Of a stretch of 64,000 bases of DNA, positions 12,471-24,150 are shown in pieces (position 1 is the first letter of the stretch; each line of letters opens with the position of its first letter). A program made the position numbers and the translations under genes. The DNA is taken from the NCBI RefSeq assembly GCF_001194135.2, contig NC_068989.1, positions 47,854,646-47,918,645 on the forward strand. Reading direction: 5' to 3'. This DNA comes from Octopus bimaculoides (Eukaryota). A model generated the notes under the pieces. The model saw only the letters and a program-made list of their open reading frames with translations. It ran no database searches and had not been told where the DNA came from.

Positions 12471-12980
12471 CACGATTATTTGTAGTTGTAAACACTAATC
12501 TGTTTAAAAAAACCTAAGATATTATTCACGCAGAATATTCATGCATATAAACAACACACAGATAAACACACATACACACACGCGCATAACAATGTAGACA
12601 TGCGTGTGTGTGTGTGTGTGTGTACATACGTGTGCATACGAATATTGATCTACACGTTGCAGCGCAGTCGCTGTGTGAAAAACAGGAACAAGGATTAATT
12701 ATAGAGAAGGTCACAACGATTTAAAGTTGCGCTCACTGACTCGTGTACATTTTAGGAAATCTTTCTGCCTGTCTAAAACGGTAAAGCGATTTAAACTAGA
12801 CTGAGAGGATTGGCTCCGAAAAAGTTTCGTTCGTTTTTAAACAAGACACTGCTATGAAACCTATTTCAACATAATGTATTATTTTCATTTGAAAGGGGTT
12901 AACAACCAATAAGTATTAACGTAACGGGTGTATACATTGTCTGAAACAGGAACTTGAGTAACAATAAAGTAATACATATA

Positions 12981-13111
12981 TAATCCTTTCTTCTAAAGGT
13001 ACAAAGGCCTGAAACAGTGAGACACGTACAGTTTGCAGCGAGTTTCGAACTGGCGACTTGCAGAGTGTGAAACAGACGTGATAACCAGTCAACCACAGAA
13101 CCGGTTATCAT
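12981..13111 (-). mobile_element. Short retroposon: tRNA-Val-like head (13031-13102) plus SINE-A-type tail, 16-bp TSD
   Basis: Minus strand ggttctgtggttgactggttatcacgtctgtttcacac...agttcgaaac resembles tRNA-Val. Direct repeat taaagtaatacatata at 12965-12980 and 13112-13127. Confidence 0.75.
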
Positions 13112-13208
13112 TAAAGTAATACATATAATGTGCGTTTTTGAGGGTGTGCGTGTGCGTGTAATTGTGTGCGTATGAGGGCGTGGGAGCTTGTGTGTATGTG
13201 TATGTGTT

Positions 13209-13239
<31 letters not shown>

Positions 13240-13789
13240 GTGTGTGCGTTTGTGCTTGTGTGTGTTTGTGTGTATGTATGTGTGTGTGCGTCTGTGTGCG
13301 AGCGCATGGTAACTAGACACTATGAACTTCTCAATACATGTCTAGTGTAATCAAGAGGTTTATTGAACGAATGTATGTGTGCTCTACAACTGTTTATAAA
13401 TTAGTTGGGGCTATAGCCAATATCTAAGTGATGATAAAGCACCTTAAGAAATAGAAGCATTAAACGGAAAGAACAATTCTGGAAAGAACAATTCTGTGTA
13501 TTTGTGTGGGCATGTGTGTGTTTGTGTGTGTATATGTATGAATGTATGTAATGTATGCATGTATGTATATATATATATATATATATNNNNNNNNNNNNNN
13601 NNNNNNNNNNNNNNNNNNNNNNNNNNNNNNNNNNNNNNNNNNNNNNNNNNNNNNNNNNNNNNNNNNNNNNNNNNNNNNNNNNNNNNNNNNNNNNNNNNNN
13701 NNNNNNNNNNNNNNNNNNNNNNNNNNNNNNNNNNNNNNATATATATAAGGTGTCACCTTAAATTCTCGTTGGCCCCGTCTACTCAGCCG

Positions 13790-13945
13790 GCGAAAATGAG
13801 TTGTTACATTCGGTGTGTCACGCTGACTCTCCCTGAGAACTACGTTAAGCGTAGGAGTATTTGAGGAGTGCTAGGCAACTTGCACGAGTAAGCTGTTTCG
13901 TTGATTGGATCAACTGTAACACGTGTCTTCCACGGTCACGTTTCA
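13790..13945 (+). mobile_element. Diverged SINE family D tail fragment
   Basis: actctccctgagaactacgttaag and gttgattggatcaactg match the tail of the 3930-4307 element. Confidence 0.6.
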
Positions 13946-15849
13946 GGGTGTCACAAGACTTTTCCTATAAATTACGGATGCAAATCATCTGACGAGATTC
14001 TATAGACCTTCCATCACAAGTTATGAGTAGACCCGAGAAGATACAAAATGATATCTGCTCTACACAATATGCATCGAGATTGAAACCGGGAACTCCCGGC
14101 TGCAACGCGATTTTCTTAACCATTCGGCTAAAATCTAGATATATAGCATTTCCTCCCACAGAAACACCGGAGGAATTTGGAAAGTTTTAGAGCTTTGTGT
14201 TGATTTTCTTCAAAATAATTCCTAGTAGGCACGCGCTTCCACTGAAGTTCACCATCATGAACACTGTGCACGTGCCTTGTTATGTAACCTCTTCAGCGAA
14301 TATTCGCTTCATCGCCACAGAATAATTAGTTGCAGACTCTATATAAGCATTTGCAGTTTTACGGGTCATTGTCATGGTAGGAAAATGATGACGCCTATTA
14401 AACCTTTTAAACCGCCCTTTCTTATAAGGATATTTCAAATCACATGTTGCATTTGCCACTCCTTGCAAATCATCATACCTATGTACGTTTAGTTTTCTCT
14501 TGTATCATTGCTATGTTTCTTGCCTCATTACTTTGGTCCACACTCAAGAACATTTCCATTGTAAGCATCACTTCAGATCTATGAAAAATAATATCCGGGC
14601 ATTCAACAGAGTAGCTGCTTGAGGACTTTCCCTAATTCTTATTTTTATTAAGATACGATAAAATACAGTATACGTTTCGAGCATTGATATTTTCCCAATA
14701 CTGGTGCGTTTTATCACGCATGAAACCTTTGTAAAATGTCGAGTTGAAGAGCCAAAACAATTCCTGTGCAGTTCCTATTTGTAACACTATCTTTTCTTTC
14801 CATTGATGGCCCCTTTCCATTCATCTACACTAAGGGTTATGCACTATAATTTACATGCTATTAGTTAAGTCCAGCTGTAGCTGAGTTAGGCAGAAGATCC
14901 AAATAGCACCACACTAGAATACGAGGAACGTAAAGATTTTCTGTTACTACTTTATTATTTCTGACGCAGAAATATTAAGAAAAATTGGTGAGAGGATGAA
15001 GTGGGAGAAAGTAACCATTGATTATAGTAAGAAGACCCAGGTCAGTCAAATTGCGGTATTAGTTAAACTAGGCGAAGTGTGCTTAAGATGGATTGCCTAG
15101 ATGTTGGCAACTGTGTATATTAATATCAAAGAAAATATGTTTAGTTGAAATTTTCTATTATCAATTCAGAAAGCTTTCTTCATACTTCGAAGAAAACCAT
15201 GTCAGAAACGTTTCAGTTTCAAAATTTTCATGATTTGAAATTAGACATAATTTTCTTGGCAGTGTTTGAAAGAATATTAAGCTACGCTGCTTGCTGTTTT
15301 GTGATTATGTACTACTTTGTTTCTTTCGCTTGTTTTTCATTAGAGAACAGTTACGTAACTTGTATTCGTAACGGAGTTTCACTATATGTATATAATACAA
15401 CATTGATTTTTCCTGTTGTCATGTTTATGGTTATTTAGAGTGTAATAGTGTAGGAGTAATTGCAAGGAACCAGAAATAAGCGAGGAAGAGAAAACATTAC
15501 TTAAAAGTGTTTTTACTTTATAGGTTTTGTTAACAAATTTGTGTTGTGCCCTGTAGCGGAGAGTTAATTTATTGCACTCACTACCACGAACATATACACA
15601 TAAATGCATGCACGCACACAAACACAAGCATGGATACTCACACACATATTCACTGCACAAGCATGCTTGCATACATAAAACACATATATTTTAGTGTCAT
15701 ACATACACTTCATCGTTCACATTTTGCATTTCTCTCCACTCTCGCTCTCGCACTTAGAGAGTATATTCATACATACACACACACACAGACTTTATATAAA
15801 TATATATATNNNNNNNNNNTATATATACATAGATGCATACAGAGAGAGC

Positions 15850-15987
15850 GGGAAAAGTAAGAAAGAAAGAAAGAAAGAAAGAAATTGAGAGAAATAGATT
15901 TAGATATAGATATATATGTGTATGTACATTATATGCATATACATATATATATGTATGTATGTACGTATATAGATATAGAGATAGATG

Positions 15988-16039
<52 letters not shown>

Positions 16040-16090
16040 CATACATACATACATACATACATACATACAGACAGACATACATACATACAC
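15850..16090. repeat. Compound (GAAA)/(GATA)/(TACA) microsatellite
   Basis: Direct reading. Confidence 0.9.
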
Positions 16091-16841
16091 TTACAGAAAG
16101 AGAGTGAGAAAAGGAGAGAAAGAAGTGTGTATGTGTATGTATGAATTATGGTTACATTCCGTAAACATTACCTGCTTTAAGCAACCCCCCTCACAATTAT
16201 AGAACGTAATTGTATTAGGTATAACCATACATTAAATAAAATGGCCGCTAATTTTCAACGGCAGCCATCTTAATGGTCTTTTAGCAAGACATTTTTCTTA
16301 TTTATGTAATATTTCACTGAATCTCTTAGGAAAACTATATATTCCTTACTTGAAGTGTCAGAATAAATGTTTCAAACATTTTGCCAAACTTTTTATGTAT
16401 CCATCCAATCAAATACCATGTGTGTGTGTGTGTGTGTGTCTATGTATATATATATANNNNNNNNNNNNNNNNNNNNNNNNNNNNNNNNNNNNNNNNNNNN
16501 NNNNNNNNNNNNNNNNNNNNNNNNNNNNNNNNNNNNNNNNNNNNNNNNNNNNNNNNNNNNNNNNNNNNNNNNNNNNNNNNNNNNNNNNNNNNNNNNNNNN
16601 NNNNNNNNNNNNNNNNNNNNNNNNNNNNNNNNNNNNNNNNNNNNNNNNNNNNNNNNNNNNNNNNNNNNNNNNNNNNNNNNNNNNNNNNNNNNNNNNNNNN
16701 NNNNNNNNNNNNNNNNNNNNNNNNNNNNNNNNNNNNNNNNNNNNNNNNNNNNNNNNNNNNNNNNNNTATATATATATATACGCACATGAATATTCATATG
16801 TACATGTATCTATATGTATTTATATCCATATATATACATAT

Positions 16842-16891
<50 letters not shown>

Positions 16892-17032
16892 TTCACATAT
16901 GTGTGTGTTCATATTTATGTCTGTTCATTGTTAATCGGGTTTCAAATAATATGAGCAGGTGTATAATTTTGAAACTTATCTCCAGTTATAGACACATACA
17001 TGCATATACATGTATAGTTTTAAATATATATA

Positions 17033-17747
17033 CAGGGTATGATGAGTAAACTGTCGCCATTTTATATTTTTAATTTAGCGCATGCGCATTGTTTGTTATT
17101 GATTTTGTTGACTACAGAGTATAGTAGGGTCAGTTGGATACCGTCTGTGGGAAAACAGCACTATGACGCAATTCACCTTGCCAGAAATTTGGAAAAGACA
17201 TGCTGTACTGCTTGGCATTCGCGCTGGAAGCTCCAATACGAACAGATGGTGAACACTCTGAACAACCGTTGGTTTGCCGTGTCCCCAAAACATGTACCGA
17301 GAGTGATAAAAAATCAAACATCCAGTGAACATCACGGTGTTTGGAGTGATCATTAGTGATGGTGACGTGATGCCTCCATTCAACTTCCCACACGGCCTGA
17401 GACTCAACACGGATTTCTATATCAAGTGCCTGGGGAAGGTAGCGCTGCCCTGGGTCAAGAAGGTGGCTGCTGGAAGACTATGGTTAGCAATAAGACTCTG
17501 CACCATGCTACACAAGCAGGAGAACCCAGTCATGGCTGTCACACAATTTCTGCGACCACATCACCCCTAACATCTGGCCACCTAACTTCCCAGACTGCAA
17601 ACCGCTTGATTATTATGTGTGGGCGCAGTTGAGCATAAGGCCAACAAAACTCGTTGTAACACCAAATATGAACTGAAGGCAAGGATTATGGCAGCATTGA
17701 CCAACTTAAACAAGGAGACCGTCCAGAAGAGTTGGAGGAGATTCCGT
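17033..17747 (+). mobile_element. Internally deleted maT/DD37D-like Tc1/mariner transposon
   Basis: Starts TA|cagggtatgatgagtaaactg. Remnants MTQFTLPEIWKRHAVLLG, VFGVIISDGDVMPPFNFPHGLRLN, DSAP, WPPNFPDCKPLDYYVW. The 3' TIR was not found. Confidence 0.85.
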
Positions 17748-18059
17748 GTGTGTGTGTGGGTTCGTTTCATATGTATCCATGCCCTTTATATAGTTTCATT
17801 TGTTCATTTTATCTATCTGTCTTACATTTATCACAAATATGTAGCAGATATATTTATATATTTATTTATTTATCTATTCATTTATTTATTTACTTATTTT
17901 TTGTACATCTATCTCTATTTCTCATAAGTGTCACAGGTAAGTGCATATGTGTCTATTGTGTGTGTATTACCCTATATGTTTCTGTGTATTATTTACGGTT
18001 TTTCTCTACCTTTTTCTTTCACTTTCTCTCTCTCACTTCACATCTCTACTGTCTTTAGT

Positions 18060-18345
18060 CATGTGGTGTGGTGTGGTGTGATAGTGAGTGTTACTGTTCC
18101 ACACATATTTCTGTTGAGGTTCGGTCTGTCTACTGTTATGTGTGTAGCCTCTGTAATCTATCTAAGTGTTGTGTCAATTCTATGTGTCGATATTACTTTA
18201 ACCTCTATGCTATTAATCGAACTTCCATGTTCTGCCTGAGCATGTTGGTAGAACACTGACGAGCTTTTCCTTCCTTTGAGCTCTCGCCAATGACCACTCA
18301 TACACTCTACTATGCTGCGTGCAGTCTCTCCTTGGTAGGTAGTAG
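18060..18345 (-). mobile_element. Penelope-like element GIY-YIG endonuclease remnant
   Basis: CRNMTTTYQGETARSIVECMSGHW...SVFYQHAQAEH, followed by QITEATHI...PNLN, matches the PLE endonuclease C-terminal pattern. Confidence 0.7.
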
Positions 18346-18359
18346 TCATGTTTCTGCAT

Positions 18360-18379
18360 GACAGACTGACAGACAGAGG

Positions 18380-18472
<93 letters not shown>

Positions 18473-18500
18473 GATGTGTATGTATGTATGTATGTATTTA
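18360..18500. repeat. (GACA)n(GATA)n(TATG)n microsatellite
   Basis: Direct reading. Confidence 0.95.
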
Positions 18501-18569
18501 TGCATATATGCATACACGCACGCAGAAACCTGTACACTCGTACATATACATGTGCACATATGTATATGC

Positions 18570-18925
18570 ATACATGTGGTAAGATGCTTGCTTCCCAATA
18601 TCATGTCTTCGGATTCACTCTCATTGCGGAATGCCTTGGACAATTTTTTTTCTACTATAGCCACGGGAAGATCGAAGACTTCTGAGTGGATTCAGTAAGC
18701 TGAGACTGAAAGAACCCTGTCCTATATGCATGCGTTTGCCTTTGTATTAGTGTTTATCTTCCATCACCGCTTGACAACTAGTGTTGGTTTGTTTATGTAC
18801 CCATAACTTAGCGGATCGACTAAATTAACTGATGAAATAAGTCTTGAGGTTGATTTGTTCGACTAAACCTTTCAAGCTGGTACCCCAGCATGGCCACATT
18901 CGAAAGAATGAAACAAGAAAATGAT
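18570..18925 (+). mobile_element. Diverged near full-length SINE family B
   Basis: Head tggtaagatgcttgcttcccaa, ccttggacaa core, ccataacttagcgg, tail cagcatggccac...gaaacaagaaaa. Confidence 0.75.
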
Positions 18926-19589
18926 AACTATTCACACGATTTGCATCCGTATTATAGATTTGTTAATGTCTCTTGAATCACGATACGTAAGCATATAATG
19001 ATACACCCATATATATATATNNNNNNNNNNNNNNNNNNNNNNNNNNNNNNNNNNNNNNNNNNNNNNNNNNNNNNNNNNNNNNNNNNNNNNNNNNNNNNNN
19101 NNNNNNNNNNNNNNNNNNNNNNNNNNNNNNNNNNNNNNNNNNNNNNNNNNNNNNNNNNNNNNNNNNNNNNNNNNNNNNNNNNNNNNNNNNNNNNNNNNNN
19201 NNNNNNNNNNNNNNNNNNNNNNNNNNNNNNNNNNNNNNNNNNNNNNNNNNNNNNNNNNNNNNNNNNNNNNNNNNNNNNNNNNNNNNNNNNNNNNNNNNAT
19301 CTGCGTGTTTTTGTGTGTAAGTTTAATCGTGTGTGTCTTTGTGTGTGTATGTGTGTGTGTGTGAATGGAAAAAGCTAAATGCTCCATTGGATTCATTTAA
19401 ATTTTTCTATAATTTGCTAATATTTCTAAAAAAGAAAACCAAAAAAGACAAAAACAAATCGATACTTTCAAAATTTAGATATCGACGATATATATTTTAT
19501 TGTCTGCCCTTCCCGTAAAAAAAAATAATCAGTTTCAGTGCAGTAATGCTGAAGTTTATTTTATTTATTTATTTATTTGTTTATTTTCT

Positions 19590-19722
19590 TTTTGTAATAG
19601 TAGTAGTAGTAACAGTACTAACAGCAGCAGCACTAGGAGCAGCGGCAGCACTAGCAGCAACAACAGCAGCAGCACTGGCAGCACTGGCAGCAGCAGAAGC
19701 ACTAGCGACGGCAGCAGCGACA

Positions 19723-19788
<66 letters not shown>

Positions 19789-19880
19789 CAGCAGCAGCAG
19801 CAGCAGCAGCAGCTGCAGCAGTACTAGTAGTAGTAGTAGTAGTAGTAGTTACTGTTATTGTTGCTGTTGTCGTTGTTGTT
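19590..19880. repeat. Compound (CAG)/(TAG)/(TTG) triplet microsatellite
   Basis: Direct reading. Confidence 0.95.
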
Positions 19881-20307
19881 TTCTTGCACTTGTCTAACTC
19901 TGGCTCTGGTTATGAAAATCTATTATTAAAGACACTCCCGCAACGCAAAGATTGTCTTTCATTGGACATCGTGTATCTAATGCTGCTTCACGTGTTTTGG
20001 AAGATTTATTTTGTTAAGGTGATACAGTGTGCTCTAAGGAAAAATTTGGCTATTACTTATTGCATGTCGAGCAACACATCAAATCTCGTTTGCCGAAGTA
20101 GTAGCAATAACCGTTATGTTAACTTGTGATTTGATCAATTAACCGGGATGCTAACTCGTACTTTGAAGGTTATATTTTCGGAGGAGAACAAAAAAATAAC
20201 AAAGCATTTCATGTGCAAAATTGCCAGGCAGTTCTATATTTAAGAGGTGAGGAATTCTGTACTTTATTTACATTAGACGGATATTTGTCCTCATCTTGTT
20301 TGTTGTT

Positions 20308-20353
20308 AACACAACGTTTCGGCTCATATACCCTCCAGCCTTCTTCAGGTGTC
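20308..20353 (-). ncRNA. Minimal type I hammerhead ribozyme motif
   Basis: gacac-CTGAAGA-a-ggct[ggagggtatatg]agcc-GAAA-CG-TT-gtgtt. The core fits CUGANGA/GAAA/UH; stem I is gacac:gtgtt, stem II is ggct:agcc, and stem III is the palindrome AACGTT (dimer type). Confidence 0.65.
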
Positions 20354-20442
20354 TTGGGGAAATTTCGAACCTAGGTTTTCATTCCTAAAGTATTTTTTGA
20401 TGTTACTATCATTATTATTATTATTATTATTATTGTTGATCA

Positions 20443-20515
20443 GGTCACTGCTCGGACTCGAACTCGGAATCTTGGGGTTAGTCGCCCGCGCTCTTAACCA
20501 GCACACCATATGCCC
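20443..20515 (-). other. tRNA-like segment with A-box and B-box inside the PLE 3' region
   Basis: gggcatatggtgtgctggttaagagcgcgggcgactaaccccaagattccgagttcgagtccgagcagtgacc: TGGTGTGCTGG (A box-like), GTTCGAGTCC (B box), GGG-7nt-CCC arm. Confidence 0.65.
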
Positions 20516-20914
20516 GGGGACAATAATGGAGTGAATTTTAGGGCTTATAAATCTAATAGTTTTCTATCCTTCCTTAAAATCGGTTCCCATATGCTGCTCA
20601 TATCTGCTTAGTTGGTTGTTGTATCCTAGCATATGTGCTGCTTCTTTTAGTTTTCGTATTTTCAAGTGGTGTTCTCTGCCTATTATTTTAACTTCATCCC
20701 ACAGGCGGAGGTGGTCTTCATTTTTCCATACATGATCAGCTATACCCGATTTATCAATATCTCCTCGTGTCACAGCTTTGCGATGTTCGTCTGCCCTTAT
20801 TTTGAGGGGCGGCATGTACGCCTATGTATAAACCTACCACAGCTGCATGGGATGGAATACACGCAGTCTTTGGTCATATTCTCTTCTATTGGTGGTTTTA
20901 CTCGAAGTAAATAT

Positions 20915-21070
20915 GACGGGCTTCTTTCAGTTTCCGTCTACCAAATCCACTCGCAAGACTTTGGTCGGCCCAGAGCTATTGTCGAAGACACTTACCCAAG
21001 GTGCCGCGCAGTGGGACTAAACCCGGAACCATTTGGTTGGTAGCAAGCTACTTACTACACAGCCACTCCT
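20915..21070 (-). mobile_element. SINE family B 5' half (tRNA head plus CORE-like ccttgggcaagt region)
   Basis: Minus strand aggagtggctgtgtagtaagtagcttgc...ccgggtttagtcccactgcgcggcaccttgggtaagtgtcttc. Confidence 0.9.
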
Positions 21071-21149
21071 TTGTTCAATTCTTTTTTTATCTCCGATTAT
21101 TATAATCACCTGATCGTAAAAATTCACATAATCTATTTATATATCTTTC

Positions 21150-21300
21150 ACTTGATTCAGCCATTAGACTGAGGCCATGTTGTTCGAATTTATCGAGCCG
21201 AGTCGATAAAATTGTTACTTATTCTATCAGTCCTTATGCCGATCAGCTAAGTTACGGGGGCGTAAACACACCAGCACCGGCTATCAAGTGGTGGTGGTGC
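21150..21300 (-). mobile_element. SINE family B 3' half, diverged
   Basis: ctaagttacgggggcgtaaacacaccagcaccgg is the reverse complement of the family B body. Confidence 0.7.
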
Positions 21301-21419
21301 ACGTACGCACGCAAACACACACACACTCACACAAGCATACACATGCGCGTGCACATACACACGCGTTTCAACAAAGTAAGACATACATGTAGGTATATGT
21401 ATATATGTAAATATATATT

Positions 21420-21563
21420 GGTTTCAGATTTTGGCACAAGGCCAGCAATTTTAGGGGATGGTAGTAAGTTGATTACATCGACCCCAGTGCTCAACTGCAA
21501 CTTATTTTATCTACCCCTAAAACATGAAAGTCAAAGTCGACCTTGGCGGAATTTGAACTAAGA
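21420..21563 (-). mobile_element. SINE family A fragment
   Basis: ttttggcacaaggccagc tail and caaagtcgaccttggcggaatttgaact core. Confidence 0.85.
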
Positions 21564-21671
21564 ACATGTAATCAGATGAAAATGTACAATTTAAATATAT
21601 TAAACGTTATCTCTCACCGGATGGAGTACTTTTGTTGTTGATCCTACCTATCACAGAAAGTAAAAATTTAT

Positions 21672-21702
<31 letters not shown>

Positions 21703-21711
21703 TATAGATAG

Positions 21712-21742
<31 letters not shown>

Positions 21743-21851
21743 GATAGATAGATGGATAGATGTGTGTGAGTATTTATGTATATATGTATGCATGTACGTA
21801 TGTATATATGTATGTATACATTCACACGCACGCACACACACGCACACACAC

Positions 21852-21890
<39 letters not shown>

Positions 21891-22836
21891 AAGAAAATAC
21901 CAGCAAAAGCGAAAAAACAATATATGCCACAAATCGTCTGAAAATGTTGAAATGTCAGAGCAGTATCGGTGACAGATTTAAGAGACCAGCTGATTGGTGG
22001 GATAATAAACAAAAATTATAGATGGCGCTTTTATAATGTAAAGGNNNNNNNNNNNNNNNNNNNNNNNNNNNNNNNNNNNNNNNNNNNNNNNNNNNNNNNN
22101 NNNNNNNNNNNNNNNNNNNNNNNNNNNNNNNNNNNNNNNNNNNNNNNNNNNNNNNNNNNNNNNNNNNNNNNNNNNNNNNNNNNNNNNNNNNNNNNNNNNN
22201 NNNNNNNNNNNNNNNNNNNNNNNNNNNNNNNNNNNNNNNNNNNNNNNNNNNNNNNNNNNNNNNNNNNNNNNNNNNNNNNNNNNNNNNNNNNNNNNNNNNN
22301 NNNNNNNNNNNNNNNNNNNNNNNNNNNNNNNNNNNNNNNNNNNNNNNNNNNNNNNNNNNNNNNNNNNNNNNNNNNNNNNNNNNNNNNNNNNNNNNNNNNN
22401 NNNNNNNNNNNNNNNNNNNNNNNNNNNNNNNNNNNNNNNNNNNNNNNNNNNNNNNNNNNNNNNNNNNNNNNNNNNNNNNNNNNNNNNNNNNNNNNNNNNN
22501 NNNNNNNNNNNNNNNNNNNNNNNNNNNNNNNNNNNNNNNNNNNNNNNNNNNNNNNNNNNNNNNNNNNNNNNNNNNNNNNNNNNNNNNNNNNNNNNNNNNN
22601 NNNNNNNNNNNNNNNNNNNNNNNNNNNNNNNNNNNNNNNNNNNNNNNNNNNNNNNNNNNNNNNNNNNNNNNNNNNNNNNNNNNNNNNNNNNNNNNNNNNN
22701 NNNNNNNNNNNNNNNNNNNNNNNNNNNNNNNNNNNNNNNNNNNNNNNNNNNNNNNNNNNNNNNNNNNNNNNNNNNNNNNNNNNNNNNNNNNNNNNNNNNN
22801 NNNNNNNNNNNNNNNNNNNNNNNNNNNNNNNNNNNN

Positions 22837-22884
<48 letters not shown>

Positions 22885-23060
22885 GATAGATAGATAGATA
22901 GATATAGATATATATATATATATACGTGTGTGTGTGTGTATAGATATAGATATAAATATATAGATATACATGCGCACACACACACACATTCACACACACA
23001 CACATTCACACAAACACACACATTCACACACACACACACATTTGTATGTATGTATGTATG

Positions 23061-23091
<31 letters not shown>

Positions 23092-23524
23092 CTACATGCA
23101 CATATTTATTGATGCAGCATAAACATGAACTATGTACAGAGTATCCTCTTTATAGTCATTGGTCACTAGGAATATGTTTGTCTTCTCATGGGAGGTCGTC
23201 AAACATTAAAATAACATTGCCAGTTATTCCTGTACATTGACCTATCAGGAATATCCAGTAGTATGAAAACAATAGCAGTCCATGTAGGAATCTAGCAGGC
23301 GGGGATGTATTTGTAAAGAAATAGAATAACAATGGAAATGACTGTGAACTTGTAATATGTAAATTTTGAAAAAAATATTTTTCTCCTGTATTTTTATTGT
23401 TTCAATAGTACATTGTATGCTACAAAATTCTATTTTTGAAGACAAATGAGTTTAATAGAAGCATCCGGTTGTGAGTGTATCTTCTGACAAACGTTACAAC
23501 ATTCCAAATAATAATTCCGAATTT

Positions 23525-24150
23525 CGGTAGGAAATTAGCACTTTTACAGAGCGGGAATTAGTCGATTCTATTATTCTTAGTACTTAAGTCGTACATTATT
23601 TTTATCGATCTCGAATCAATACAGTTGTGTGTTGACTTCTGCAGATTTTGAACTTAGAAGAAGTGACGGAACAAATAATGCAAGGCATTTCTTCCTGGTA
23701 TTTGGGTTCTGAGTTCAAATGCCGCCAAGGTTAACTTTGACTTTCATCCGTTTGGAGTCGATAAATTACGTGAAGGGGATAAAACAAGTACCAGTAAATC
23801 ACTTGGGGTCCATGTAATCGACAATCTTTTTTTCCTAAAAGCTGCTAACCTAACTTTGAAATTATTTATCGTATAATATTGGGGTGTTGTGGGAAGTCGA
23901 TTACATCGTCCCCAGTGCTCAACTGGTGCTTGTTTTATCGATCTCGAAAGGATGAAAGGCAAAGTCGACCCCGGCAGAATCTGAAATCAGACCTTCCACC
24001 GAGAGCGACTTTGCCTTTCATCCTTTCGAGGTCGGCATCGCTTATCATCATTTCCAGGTCAATAAAACAAGTTGAAAACTGTGGTTGCTGTGATCGAATT
24101 ACCCCCTCTCCCGAAGTTGCTGGCTTTGTGCCATAATTTGAAATCAATAT
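23525..24150. mobile_element. Cluster of four SINE family A fragments in alternating orientation
   Basis: Core motif (gtcgactttgcctttcatcctttcg or its complement) near 23630 (-), 23735 (+), 23950 (-) and 24010 (+). Confidence 0.8.

Larger units (their letters stand above)
20235..20913 (-). mobile_element. Penelope-like element 3' portion: GIY-YIG domain plus terminal repeat
   Basis: KDCVYSIPCSCGR...PLKIRADEHRKAVTRGDIDKSGIADHVW...KIRKLKEAAH (GIY-YIG), followed by a tRNA-like segment, (AAT)n and a hammerhead motif. Confidence 0.88.

Noticed and set aside
13031-13102. Functional tRNA-Val gene
   Set aside because: Acceptor and anticodon stems are mispaired, and it is fused to a SINE tail with a TSD, so it is treated as a retroposon.
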